A stretch of 64,000 nucleotides of DNA. It comes from Rhizophagus irregularis. Taxonomy: Eukaryota. The stretch covers positions 1,798,001 through 1,862,000 of the forward strand of contig NC_089436.1 of NCBI RefSeq assembly GCF_026210795.1, written 5' to 3'. The translations under genes were made by a program, and so were the position numbers. Below are positions 12,530 through 25,819 of this stretch, in pieces (positions within the stretch are counted from its first letter, which is position 1; each line of letters starts with the position of its first letter). Below the pieces are notes generated by a model. It made no database searches. It was not told the origin of the DNA and worked only from the letters and a program-made list of their open reading frames with translations.

Positions 12530-13586
12530 ATAATTTAAATATAATTTAAGTATTTGAGCAAAAATTATATATTAGAAATATATTTTAAGATAATTTTAAA
12601 TACATTTAAAGTATATTATAAATATTTTGCAATTTTTTATTTTAAATATATTTTAAATAGTTTTTAATTATATTTTAAATATAAATACTCTTTATAGGAT
12701 ATCTAATAAAAAACTTGAGAAAGTGGTATCACTACCTATTCCAATTTTAAGAACATCATCTGATATAACAATATCTCTAAAAATAGATGAAAATACTTTG
12801 CTAGTATTCAATTTCTAAATCATTTCCACATACTGATATCACTATTTCATCTACATCTAATTCTGAATGATCATCAAGTATAGTTCTTACTAAAATAAAA
12901 ACTAATGATGCTCAATTACCTTTATGAGAAAAAAAAAGAAGGTCAACTAGAATGAATAATATGCAAATTCAGAAAAAATAACTAAAACAATAAATATTAC
13001 ACAACACTTGTAAGAAAACTAGAAAAAATAATGGAGAATCTTATTAATATAGAGGATCCTATTAATGTATTAATATTATTAAAAACTATATAGTTCATAT
13101 TCATAAATACTTTCAGATAATATCCTGCAAATATAATTGAAGTGTATCTTGATTGCATTTAATAAAATTTACTGAATACTTTCAGATAATATCTGTGTAA
13201 ATCATCTAATAATATTCCATTTAAATTCATAAATTTACTGAATGTTTTTGGGTAATAACATAAAATATTATTCTGAAAAATAATTACTTTTTGGAATAGA
13301 ATTATAATAGTAAAAATTAGAACATTTTCAAAATACAAAAACCAGATAAAATTCAGAATATTTTCATAAAAAATTTTTTATAAGGCATTTATTTTACAAA
13401 AAAGTTAAGTAATTTCACAAATATTTAGAAAAATTATTAATACTAATAAATATTGGCATGTTTCTAATATTAGTAAAGCCATTGAATATTTTTCAAATTC
13501 TATTATTATATATATTTCCTATAAAAAACTATATGAACTTGCATTATTTACTTTAGATATTATTGTATTAAGAATTTCTTTTAGTA

Positions 13587-14339
13587 CACTGGTCAAAAAC
13601 CAGGCAAACGTGGCATAGTAGCCTTTATCTTTATTAAAATTATTCGAACTTATACAATTTACAAAAATAAAAAGAAAGATATAAAAATAAAACTAACTAA
13701 AAACAAAGCTATATAGTCTCCTAAGAAAAAATAAAGTAAAAAATTAATCTAAAAAAGAAAAATCACATTACACTAAATTTCCCCAGATCTTTGATATATT
13801 CCAACCAAAGTAGAAGCAACTATGCTAACAAAATAACAAATAGCGCGCCCACTATAAAAATCGACACTCCATCCTGCAAAAGCTGTTATTAAGTAGCACC
13901 GTTAGACGACCCATAAAACCCGAAAAGTGATTAAACCAAGGCAAACCATATTTCATCGAGTTCTTCAACCAATCGGTTCCGGAGTCATGTGAAACGTGTA
14001 GGGTCGGAGGTGGTAAAGATGAGTAAGGTATGTACGTCGACAATGGCTGGTCAAAAACCAATATATCGGGTAGCAGATATGTATCAGATATGTACCCAAT
14101 ATGTGTAGTATTAATGCAGAAAATCGGGTACCCGATATGTGTAAGATATGTGTAAATATATATATCGTCTACATATCATTTACATATCATATACATATCG
14201 GTACCCGATATGTATATGATATATATATTTACATATATCTTACACATATCGGGTACCCGATTTTCTGCATTAATACTACACATATCGGGTACATATCTGA
14301 TACATATCTGCTACCCGATATATTGATTTTTGACCAGTG
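13587..14339. mobile_element. Non-autonomous CACTA-type (CACTG) MITE with 3-bp TSD GTA, interrupted by a non-LTR fragment
   Basis: gta|CACTGGTCAAAAACCA ... TGATTTTTGACCAGTG|gta. 14047-14337 is a long near-perfect palindrome with ATATCGGGTACCCGATAT repeats. Confidence 0.9.
13603..14046 (-). mobile_element. 5'-truncated non-LTR retrotransposon (LINE-like) 3' end with 14-bp TSD
   Basis: Flanked by CTGGTCAAAAACCA at 13589-13602 and 14047-14060. The minus strand has an ORF end (...DWLKNSMKYGLPWFNHFSGFMGRL...) followed by a T-rich 3' UTR. Confidence 0.7.
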
Positions 14340-16955
14340 GTAGACTATTATAGTTATTAAAAAAGTTAAAAGTAATCTAAAAAGTAAAGGATTTATCTAT
14401 AAGAGCAATTAAAGTATCCACTTTTGAATATGTAAAAAATATTAAGTTTGTAATTACACTTACAGTATATATATTTTTAATATCATATATTGTTTCCAAT
14501 TAAAAGGAAATTGATAGATTTACTGATTAAAAATGTATAAAATTACTTTAACTATTGTCATTTATAATAGTATTTTAGAATAATAATAAGCAAAAGTTAT
14601 ACTTTTATATAATTCAAGAATATTTGTTTTTTACATATAATTAAATCACTTCCTATTAATAATATCAGTTAGATATTTATATAATGATTACCTATTGTTT
14701 TTATTTTAAGTTATCAACTTCCAATATTTATTAACAGTATTAGCAAATATATTATCTATGATAATCTCTTTTATAAGAATAACAATTAGATGAAACTGGC
14801 TATAAAAATGATTATAAATATATTTATATTCATTATTTTTAAGTTTTATCAAATTACTAATATAGTTTTTAATATGAAAAATATCTTCCTACTCACTAAA
14901 CTTTGAAAATTTATCTATCTGTTAATTGAACTTTAAAATTCTGGTATTAGCAAATACTTCATTAAGTAAAAGAAATTTAAGCTTAGTACCATATGGAATA
15001 ATATAATTATTGGAAAATAATAATATCAGCCTTTTTAATATCTGAAAATTGGTAATAAGAATAAGTATTTCTTATTTTTATCATATTGAAATAATCAAAA
15101 TTTTCCTATAAATATCATTTTAAGTAATTGGGCTTAATCAAAATAATAGAAAAGACATTACTAAAATTACAGAATTGAAGAATTTTTTATACATATTGTT
15201 AATAAGATCTATTACAAAAAACTGTATATTAAAAATAAATTGCAATATAAGTATACTAAATAAATCATTATTGTAACCATAGGATTTTTCAAAGATTATT
15301 TTTGATAGGTCTATAGTAAAAACTATTGCTATAGATTAAATACTGTTAATGATGATTTAATATAATAGTTTAAAATTAAAAATCATAAAAGTATAGTGAA
15401 TATTTTGTTTAAATTATTATAAATGTAATTTTCAATTAATTTAATATTATCTGAATTTTTATAATAACTTATAATATGTTCTTATTTTACTGCATTTAGA
15501 TATTTCCAAAAAACTAGAATATTATTTTTACTTTAACCATAATGAATTGAATTCTTGAAATTTGAGTAATTAAAAATATTTAATTAAAATAAAATAAATA
15601 ATATTTGATTTATGGTATTTAAATTAATTACTGTTTTACTATTTCTTAAAAATCTAATTTGTTTGTAAGTTCCTCTTTTGAGATTTTGAACTTAGCCAAT
15701 ATAATTTTTTTATTTTATTAGTACTAAAGAATATAACAAACTAACTTTCCATCTCTATCAAAAAAATATTTGTTCTCATTAATTTGGTAAAGCATTTTTT
15801 TGTCTTTTGTTTAAAATATTGATTTGAGGAGAATATCAGTTAGTATTAACTAAAATGTTTTGTACTGTTAATAAAAGAGTTGAAAGTTGTTAAAAAATCA
15901 TAATTTTAATATTCTTCTGTTTAAGTAAAGCTAATCTTAATTCCTCTTATATTTAGAATAATTTATTATTAAAAATTGCATTTTCTTATTTTCTTTAATA
16001 AAGAATATTAAGAAAAAACAGCAAAAGTGAAATAAATAAATTTTTTTCCAGATTTTTTTTTTTGTATCAATCATTCTCAAATTTTTCATGATAAAAATAT
16101 TATCAACTCAATGGATGGTTGTTCTCAAATATAAATGGAAATAAAAATTATTACTTACATTATAAAAGTATAAGTATAAAATCAATAAAAAAAAAAATTT
16201 GTGAGTTATAGGGAGGAAAGAAAGATAAAAGATTTTAGGCTTACCCTAAAATTATTAAAATAATAATATTCAATAATTAAAATTAAATATTATTTTACAT
16301 TTCTTTTTACCGTTAAATCAATATTTAATGTTATCATTAATTAATTTAAAAATTTTGGGTATGATACTTTTTTCTTTATTCCAAATTTATAAGTTTCTGA
16401 AAATTTGATAATATAATTAATGAGTGGTCTATTGTAAACTTTACTATTTATTCCATAAAAAAAATACTCATATTTTGAATAATATTAAAATGAATTATAT
16501 GTACCTGAAGCTATAGAGTTATATAAAATTACAAAAGATAATTAATAAATTTTAACAAGTCATATATATTATTTATAATTTGAAAAAAACTTTTATAATA
16601 TGTATAAACACATAAGGTTTAAGAAATAACTACTTTCCATATCTTTATAGTTTTTGCAACCTTAATATATAATTGTTATAAAGTAATAAGTAAGTGAAAA
16701 AATTAGTAAGTAAATAAGTGAATGAGTAAGTAAATGAACAAGTGAGCAAATGAGTAAGTGAATAAGCAAGTGAATGAGTAAATAAGTAAGTAAGCAAGTA
16801 AGCAAGTAAATGAGTAAGTGATAACTTTTCAATCTTTTTAAAATTATTATAAGGAAGGTTTATAGCTAATTCCTTCTTCAAAATAAGCAAATTTTATAAT
16901 AGGAGTTTTACTCCAAAAAGAGAAAAAGAGAGAAAAAAAAATAATAACTATTTCA

Positions 16956-17924
16956 AAATTCCAGATATCACATATAAAACTCACATTTGAGTTTTAGCAA
17001 ATTCAATCAAAATTAGATTAAACTCATAATTTTAGATAGAGCAAATTAATTGAAAATTAATTAATAGTTATAATTATAAGTTTTAGCAAATTGTGTTGAT
17101 TTTACAAAGTCATATTTTATATTTGAGCAAATTGGTACTTTTTTTTAAATTTAACTTATTCTTTTTTTTTAACTTTATAAATAATATTTTTAAAAATATT
17201 AGTTTCAGGATCTGGGTTATATTTTGGCTAAAATTAAGTATAATTCTGGCCAAAATTAAGCATAATGTAGGCCAAAACATTTGATTAGTTTTGTAACATT
17301 TTATTTTTTAATAATTATTTATATTTAGTGCTCCAAGACCGGTTTTCGGTCTTCGGTTTCAGACCGTTTTAACCAGAGACCGGTTTGAAAAAAATTCTCT
17401 GTAATAAGATTTTAAACCGGTTTGACATGTCAGACCGGTTTCAATCTACCTAAAAAGGAAAAATTAGTTAAACCGGTCTTGGTTTCTTTAGGCCAAACCG
17501 GTTTGAAACTGGTTTGAAGACCGGCTTCGGAGCACTATTTATATTTAATTTATTGTTTTTAATAATTATTATTTTATCTATAATCTACATATTTTAATTA
17601 TAAAAATTGGCAGTTTAATTTATATTAATCATTTATTTTTTTATTGATAATAAAAAAAAAAGATTGTTAATTTTGGTAAATTAACAATTAAATTTACTGA
17701 TTTACAAATAATTTGAATAAACTGAAATTATATTTTATTAAGCAAATTTAAATCTATATTATTTAGAATTTTACTATAACTCATATTTTAAGTTTTAGCA
17801 AATTAGTATAGATTTAAAATGTGATAATTTGATTTTTAGCAAATTAGGTCTATTTTAGCAGGAGCAAAAAGTACTTAAATTCATGCAGATTAGTTATGAG
17901 TTATATATATGATATCCAGAATCC
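16956..17924. mobile_element. Decayed Mutator (MULE)-type MITE
   Basis: Left end AAATTCCAGATATCACATATAAAACTCA versus right-end reverse complement GGATTCTGGATATCATATATATAACTCA. Degenerate 9-10 bp TSD (aactatttca / tgctatttca). Confidence 0.6.
17326..17537. mobile_element. hAT-type MITE with 8-bp TSD TTTATATT
   Basis: tttatatt|TAGTGCTCC...GGAGCACTA|tttatatt, with internal AAACCGGTTT / ACCGG repeats. Confidence 0.85.
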
Positions 17925-19258
17925 TGCTATTTCAATAATTTTCATACACTTTCAAAAAAAGCTACAACTTACCAGTTGAAATTAACATTTTAAAAATGCA
18001 AATTTTGAAAAATAAGTAGAGTATATAATATATATATTAAGATAGGTTTTAGAGAAAATGGTAAGGGATATAATATACTCTTTTATAAATATTTCAGAAA
18101 TTGATCATTTGATACACTCATAACTTTAAAACATAATGTATTTAATAATAAATAAAATTCTGAAATATATCATTAAATTATGATAAAAGGATATTTATTA
18201 AAAAAGAGCTATGTAATTTGCAAATTTAAGTAAAATTTTAAAATTTGAAATAATGAAATTATTTAGCCTATATGCTCTATAGTAAATTTTATTTGTTATT
18301 TAAGTAAAAAATAAATTGCTATAAATATAAAGTTTGAAACTAAAACTATCTAAAAGTATATAATTCATTATGATTTGCATTACATATTAAATTTTTAAAT
18401 AATAAATGATTTTAGTAAGCAAATATACCTGTAAAGTTCTACAAACCCAAAAGATAGAAAGGTAAACTATTACCATTTGATTTATTTAAATAAGATGATT
18501 TTAACAAATTGTATTTCATTTTTCTATTATTGTTACATCAGAAAATAACTAACCAATGATACAGTATTTAAGATTAAATTATAGAAGTCTTTACTTTGAT
18601 CCTTCTATACTACATATAATCCAAAACCACAGTCTATCTGGTAACTGATCAAAAAAGACCATATACTAGGAGTAAATAGAACTATTTAACATCTTTAATA
18701 TGTAACAAATTTGACATTATGGAATTAAATATAATATTTCTATGATAAATAATGGTATAGCAAATATGTGTTCATGCATTGCAAAAAAAGAATTTAAATG
18801 TGTCACATTACTCTTTTATTTTATGATTCCACACAAACTATTCGTCACCCCATTATTTGTCACTTGGGTGCAACTGACGCCAAATTGTCACGTAATAGTG
18901 AATTTTGCTGGAGTAGCTAATACGTCATCCATTATATAATTTAAATTTATAAAGTTACTTGTACCTTTTAAACCTCGATCTCACTGGGTAATATAATATT
19001 TGTCAGAAGACTAAGATTACTTAGATTTATAATGCTAAGAGTAAGATTTATGTAAATGCGATGAACGTAAAATCGAATTGTAATTATATAAAAATATATC
19101 CTATATCTTCTATTTATTTACTGTATTTGTATCAAGAGAAATACTTTAATGAACGATAAAAAAAAGTTGGAAAAATATATTCAAAATATAAAATACAAAG
19201 AAAGAAATACAAGCTTATCATCCTAAATTCTGTACATATAAATTTTATACAATGTATT

Positions 19259-21582
19259 TTATTGGAAAATAATCAAGAATTTCACAAGCGTTGCCTATTA
19301 AAATAAAAATATAGTTATTAATTATGCTTAACCGAGTTGATCAAATTAAATTAAAAATATTGATGTCTCACCGCTTCTTTATCAACAATAATAACATCTC
19401 CACCAGTTTGCGATATGATTTCTTGAACAAACATGGCTTTAATTGGATCGTTTCTACAATATCCTAAAGAAGTTGCAGAACTGCTTGCAAACCACATTCC
19501 TAAAATTACGATAAAAGAAAATGAATATACATTCTAACGATATTTACTCGATTAATAAATTAATTTTGATTTATTACACTTACTTCCGCCATATTTTGAT
19601 CTTGCGCAAATATTTCCATTTTGAGCAATGCCACATAAACCACAATCAGCCGCGTTACAATAATTCCAAGCGGAAGGTCCATAATATCGTTTAGCATCAC
19701 AAGCAACGTGAGAGCCGTGATACATACGATGAGTAACCTTGGCTACCGGATTATTACCGGCAAGTTGCTTCTGGTATGCTTCATGTGCTTTAATTATTCT
19801 CTCCGGCATAATTACTCTGAAAATTGCTAAAATGGTTGAATTTTGAACTCCGGTCTTGAAATGTTGCCTAAAAAAAAGTTTCTTTTGTCATTAAAATTAT
19901 TTTTTTATAATAGTAAGAATTATTCATACTTACTGTACAGTCATGTAATCGTGGTCATCCACCGGCAATTTAATTAATTTAGTTATGGGTCCTGGCATAT
20001 TTTCAACAAATTGTTGATATTGTTGTTGTTGCTGTTTGAGATTGCTACCTGGTAATTCGCCTCGACACATTTCACATTGTGCCATCGTGTGATGATTCAT
20101 AAATGTACAATTTGGGCATTGTGTCATATTAACATCATGTGAGAAGAAGGAAGGTAATGTAAAAATTGATTTACGGATAGTTTCCATAGGACGATAACAC
20201 ATTTCACATTGAACGCTGGTAGCATCATTATAATAAGAACAATTTGGACATGCTTTTTTCGCTCGCGTTTGTTCTATTCGATTAAAATTTGGATTTTTCT
20301 TATTATCCTGTTCAGGAGTTTTATTTAATTGGGTATAACAAATTTCACAATGAGTCATCGAAAGATGATTGTCGAAATTACACGCTGGACATGTAATTTG
20401 TTTCTCCTGTTTCTCCTTCAAAGGAGGTGTAGGTGGTTTTTGCACATTTCTATTTGGACGACTCTCCGTGTCTTTGAAAAAGGAAGGTGGGGTGTAAGGT
20501 TTAGGTGGAGCCCTTTGTCTTGTACTTCTGCGAGGTGGGATAGATTCAAAATAATTTTCATCTTCGTCAACCCAAAGTTCGTCACTTGGTGGCGTTGGAG
20601 ATTGATATAAAGAAGACCTATTATCACTCGACCTACGGTTACGCGAAGAAGATTGATTTCGCGATTGAGAATATTCATTATTATCGAAAATATAGTCATC
20701 ATAATCATCTGAATTACGCGATTTAGATGATGATGAATTTCTATAGTTATCCCGCGACGAATAAGAAGATCGATTATTTCGTCTTGGTGTTGGATCTGCA
20801 AATGGATCTTCATCTTCATCCTCTTCTTCTTCTTCGTCCTCATCTTCATCCTCTTCGTACAAATCGCGATAAGATGTTATAGTAGATTTTGGTTTTGACG
20901 AGCTCTTATTATGACTTCTTTTTGGTTCCTGTCTAGTTATGTTTGTACCACACATCTCACAGGATGTCTTATTTGGACGAATAAAGAATGTACATCGTGG
21001 GCAATGAATTTCTTCCTCATCCGAAGGACTATTTGATCGAGGAGTCGCGGGTGGTGAAAATTTTCTTGAAGTAGTATTCCTAGTTGAAGTATTCCTACTT
21101 GAAGTATTCCTATTTGGAGGAGTCCATAAGGGGTCGACTTGAGAATCCACCCAAAGTGGAAAATCATCTACCAGATTAGGGGAAGAAGAACGATGAGAAT
21201 TTCGAGAATTTCGAGAGTTTCGAGAATTTGAAGTATTTAAAGGAGGATCATCTTCAGCTTCCCAAAGCGGTGTAACTTGAACATTATCAATAGAACCAAA
21301 AAGATCGTTGTCGTTATTAAGAGTGGAATATGAAGGAGGTGAGTCTTCTTGATTAGGTGACCAAACTCCCCATTGATTTGAAGAAGTTGGAGTATGGGAC
21401 GGAGAATCCAAAAATTCATCATAAAATTCGCTTGAACCAGGGGAATAGTGGTTCATTTGACAACTTGAACTACAATAATTAAATTCGGTTCCATTTTTTT
21501 CTCTTTTAATTTGATTATTACAACCTGGTCTCGCGCAAACACTGTCTTTTTTTTGTTTAAATCTCATTAATGATTTAAACAT
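19259..21582 (-). CDS. RanBP2/NZF zinc-finger (x4) protein with a C-terminal PARP-like ADP-ribosyltransferase domain, 4 exons
   Basis: Exons about 21582-19934, 19867-19583, 19499-19372 and 19294-19259. Four CxxC(T/N/S)(F/Y)xx..CExC fingers. C-terminus HRMYHGS...CGLCGIAQNG...RMWFASSSATSLGYC...AMFVQEI...DVIIVDKEAATLVKFLIIFQ*. Confidence 0.8.
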
Positions 21583-22562
21583 TTTTTATTCTGAATATTA
21601 ATTAATAAAAAAAAAAACCGTCCAAAATGCCAAATTACTTTCTCTTAAAGATAACGGAACATTATTTTGTGAATAAATATAGAATTTACTATCACGGATA
21701 GTCCTTTTCTCAATTCCACTGTCTATGAAAAAAAACCGGAAACTCTTATGTGTGTTCCGTGTTGCCCTTTTATATCCACTGATTTGGTAGTATCTGATGA
21801 CAAACAATAAGTGGCTACAAAAGAATGATTGATTGTGTTTCGATACACAAGAATTTTGATATGAACAAATTTGAATAGATTTTACTGACACTAAGGCGGA
21901 GAGTTGATAATCTTGCTAAAAATTACTGTAATTAGAAATAAAACAATTAAATAATTTTTTTTAACTAACAATTTATGATTTAGTTATGTAAAAAATTATG
22001 TTAAGGATTTCTAATTTGATAAACAACGTAACATTACACGACACCGTTTGGTATTACAATGAAACTGTAAAGAGCACGTCGCTTCTGATAATATGGATTT
22101 GAAATATTCAAAAGCGGGAAATCATTTGAACTTAAAGTAAAGGAAAAAATGCCTTTTCATATATTAGAATGAAAGTATATTTTAAAATAATCATAAGTAT
22201 TTTTGAGTTTGTATAACAAATTTAAAAGCAATGTAATAAAATGTATTTATTAATAGAAATTATAGAAATTGAAAAATTTTTGTACTCCGTTACAATAGGC
22301 ATCTTTTAATGGATTAGCGTTAAATAAACTGCATAACGGGAGCATTTTAATTTACACAGAATGTTTTAAACCGGTTTTATAAATATAAAAACAATCATTT
22401 TTTTTTAAAAGAAATTAAAGAAATTCCTCTTTTTTTAAATTAATTATCTTTTTCTTTTTAGTAAAGAACTTAATTATTAATCTTTAATATTATAATAAAC
22501 ATTCTTTATTACTGAATAAAGCACAAATTTTAATATCTTGATCCTGAAAAATATTTGATAGT

Positions 22563-23716
22563 ATGCCGCGACATCTAAAAAATCCTAGAATTTTAATTTT
22601 AATAACAGTATTCTTCTTAATCTTTATATTGTATATATCAACCTCAAATTTTCAATCAAAATCAATAATTACCACGAATAATTCTGATGATATATCTTAC
22701 TTATTGGCACCATCGTCATATGGTTACAAAAACTTTACTGAATTTATTCCAGGACATATTCCGTTAATACTTTCAATACCTCACGGAGGTCATTTGTTTC
22801 CGGATGAAATTCCTGATAGAAAACAAAACATTCCAGGAATAGTAAAATCTAATGATATAAATACACAGGAAATTGGTCACTCGTTATCTAAAAGAATTAT
22901 GCAAATATTGAATGGAAGAAGGCCATATATTGTAATTAATCATTTGGGAAGGAGTAAAATTGACGTTAATCGTCCTTTGAAAGAAGGTGTTGAAATTGAA
23001 ACAAGTAACGAAACACAAATTGTATGGAATGATTATCATTCCTTTATAAGAGATGCCATTGATGAGGTTGACTTGCGTTTTGGACGTGGTTTATTAATTG
23101 ACATTCACGGTTTGTAATAATTAATTGATTTTCTCCAAAAAAAAAAGAAAAAAAAATATTATAATAAAGTAGATATGTTCTCTTTATAGGTCACGGTCAT
23201 CCGGAAAATTATATTGAATTGGGATATGTATTATCATCAGAAATTTTATCACTTTCCACCACTGTATTAGATAACAATATTGAAATTGCTTCAGAATCAA
23301 GTATAAGAGCATTATACACTCGTATGAAAAACATGATTAGTTTTTCAGAATTATTAAGAGGGGAATATACTTCACTTGGCGGAAAATTACAAAGTCTTGG
23401 ATATGATACAATCCCTTCGCATACGCATAAATTTCCAATGCCGAATGAAAGATATTTTCATGGAGGTTATTCTGTACAAAGATATGGCTCAAGACATAAT
23501 GAACAAGTTGTAGATGCCATACAAATAGAGTAAGTGACAATTTAAGAAAGTAAAAGTAACTTTGTAATTTTATTTATACGATTTTTTTGCTCACTTTTTA
23601 GATTACCTAGATTTTTAAGACTTGGAAATAAGAGGTTACGAGAGAATTTCAGTAATAATCTTTCTCAAACTCTCGTTTGGTATATTCAAAAATATTATTT
23701 TTCAGAAAAATCTTAA
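22563..23716 (+). CDS. N-formylglutamate amidohydrolase-like (Zn-exopeptidase fold) protein with N-terminal signal/anchor, 3 exons
   Basis: PLILSIPHGG, D.NT, R.KIDVNR, LLIDIHG|HGH, YFHGGYSVQRYG, DAIQIE|LP. Introns 23110-23189 and 23530-23601. Confidence 0.8.
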
Positions 23717-24972
23717 TTAAATTTATTAGAAGTATAGATAATTATAAAATTAGAGCATTACAAAAAATACTTTATTTAATATAATAAAAATAATAAAATA
23801 ATATTATTACCAATAAATATTACGAATATTAGAAGAATTAAAATAATCTAATTCTGCATCATCATCGGCCGAACTTTGGAATACTTGGTGCATACGAAAT
23901 GATGAATACTAAATGGTGAATTGATATATTATTTGGGCTTATTTTTTTGATGCCAAATGTGGATATAATATTCTTAGATGAAAAAATTATATCAAACTAT
24001 GCATATTATGCATATTATGTTATCATCTATACAAATGTTGGAAGTTCAAGATTTTACTACAATCGAAGCCTTAAATATCATTCTCAATGACCGTTTTGTA
24101 TTTATTGAATGAATCTACAATTGTAATAAGTCGTGAAATCATGTGGCTCAGCACTTCTAACTCTTACTGTAACTATACCGGATTCTCGATATGGCGGATG
24201 TGAATAACAGCTATATAAATAAAACTGTATTATAAGAATTAAATCATGATTTCGTTCAGTCGATATACAGGAAATCCGAATAATCCGTTTCAGACCTCAA
24301 TTGTTGATTTGAAAATTTTCATGTAATAGATACAATTAGTGAATACTAACGAATTGTTATGTAATCATTGCAAATAAACTAATACGATTAATGCCATTGA
24401 AATTGAATGAACAATCATGAGATTGTTTAAACAAATCTTGTGAATCAGAAACTTTGCTTAATCATTTCATCATCGTGAAATCTGATGGGATTTTTTTGAA
24501 TAAAGTAAAAAAAAAAATAGGAAACTGCAGGTTATTTTTTTTTTTGAATTTTTGCAAATTTTATATAATTTAATGTATTTTCTAAAGCATTATTTATTAT
24601 TGACGGGACCGTTCATGCAATTTTTATAATAAACTCTTTACTTTATTATTATGCTAATACATAGAATATAACCGACCTAAATAACAATTATGTATGAACT
24701 TATGAAGATAACTGATAATTTTATTAATCCTATAATAAAAATTGTAAATTTTATCGCGTTCAGAAGATTAACCGCTATTAGACCAATCATCCAATAATAA
24801 AATTTAACTGTTGGTTACCTTTTTTTTCAAGTATATATAAATAGCTTCTTTATTTAACAATATTAATCATGTACATGATTATACGAAATAAAATTTAAAT
24901 ACCCTGTTTTACATATTATCTTTCGTCTTTGCAGAACGCAATCCGTCATTTTCTTTATGTAATAAATGTTAA

Positions 24973-25570
24973 TCAGACAAATCTGCAATTGTAATATGTA
25001 ATTAATGATATAATCCCAAAAGGAAGATTTAAATTGATTTGACCAATTAGAATCATCATTTTATTGGTTTCGAGGTAATCAGTGGTGTTCCAAAAAAGTA
25101 CGATAATCAAGTACTGCGCATATATTGGTACGTAAAAAATTACAGCAGCTTTAGTGAAAAATAAATTTGGTAAAAGTGTGGGAAATAATATCAAAACGAT
25201 TATAAAAATACAACTAAAAATAGCATAAAGATACTTATTTAATAACATAATAATTTCAACGAAAAAATCAGCGAATTCTGCACTAATTAAAATTTTTTAT
25301 TAGGATACATACGTAAAGTATATTAGATTTTGACCGCTTCGCTCTTCTTTCTCATCGGTTCATCATATTAATATTTCTTCTTCTTATTTTTTGATCGAGA
25401 TTAAATTGGGTGAATATGTTAGCTATTTTAGTTGTAGTTGATAATTGAGGATGAATAGAGTTGATGAGAGTTGAGAGTTGAGATGATGAGTCTGGTGTAA
25501 ATACAATTATGATTGTAATAGAAGTTGTTATATTTGTACTGCGTGAATTAATATAGAGTAAACTTATCAT
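24973..25570 (-). CDS. Hypothetical hydrophobic/membrane protein (possibly a pseudogene)
   Basis: Hydrophobic ORF 24973-25248 with an acceptor near 25285. The upstream ORF cannot be joined cleanly. Confidence 0.25.
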
Positions 25571-25819
25571 GGATTATTTATTATTTACTTATTTTAATTG
25601 TGAAAATATATTTAACGAAAGATTCTGGTGTCAGTTAAACTAATAAAAACTTTAAAAAATATCGTAGCGGATGTCACCAGCAATACTGCGCCAAACTTTA
25701 TTTTGTGGCAGATATTAAAAAAATCATACGTGACAAATAACATTCAAATAAACTTATTTTTATTATTTCAAATGTATATAAATCTTTATTTATTCACTGA
25801 TCATGAGTAAATTTCACGA

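Larger units (their letters stand above)
12530..16900. mobile_element. Heavily decayed, CpG-depleted transposon-derived DNA (family unresolved)
   Basis: Near-total CpG absence outside the nested younger inserts, no convincing ORFs, and a degenerate GAGT/AAGT tetramer repeat at 16680-16820. Confidence 0.45.

Noticed and set aside
14047..14343. Repeats resembling a CRISPR array, and ORF 14101-14343
   Set aside because: The repeats are inverted and lack unique spacers; they are the arms of a MITE palindrome.
16645..16890. Leu/Thr/Tyr-rich ORF
   Set aside because: It is the translation of a degenerate tetranucleotide repeat.
18380..18720. Possible integrase relic (KKDHILGVNRT)
   Set aside because: Too decayed; one weak motif only.
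20329..21422. Alternative-frame ORFs overlapping the NZF-ART gene
   Set aside because: Shadow ORFs of a long coding exon.
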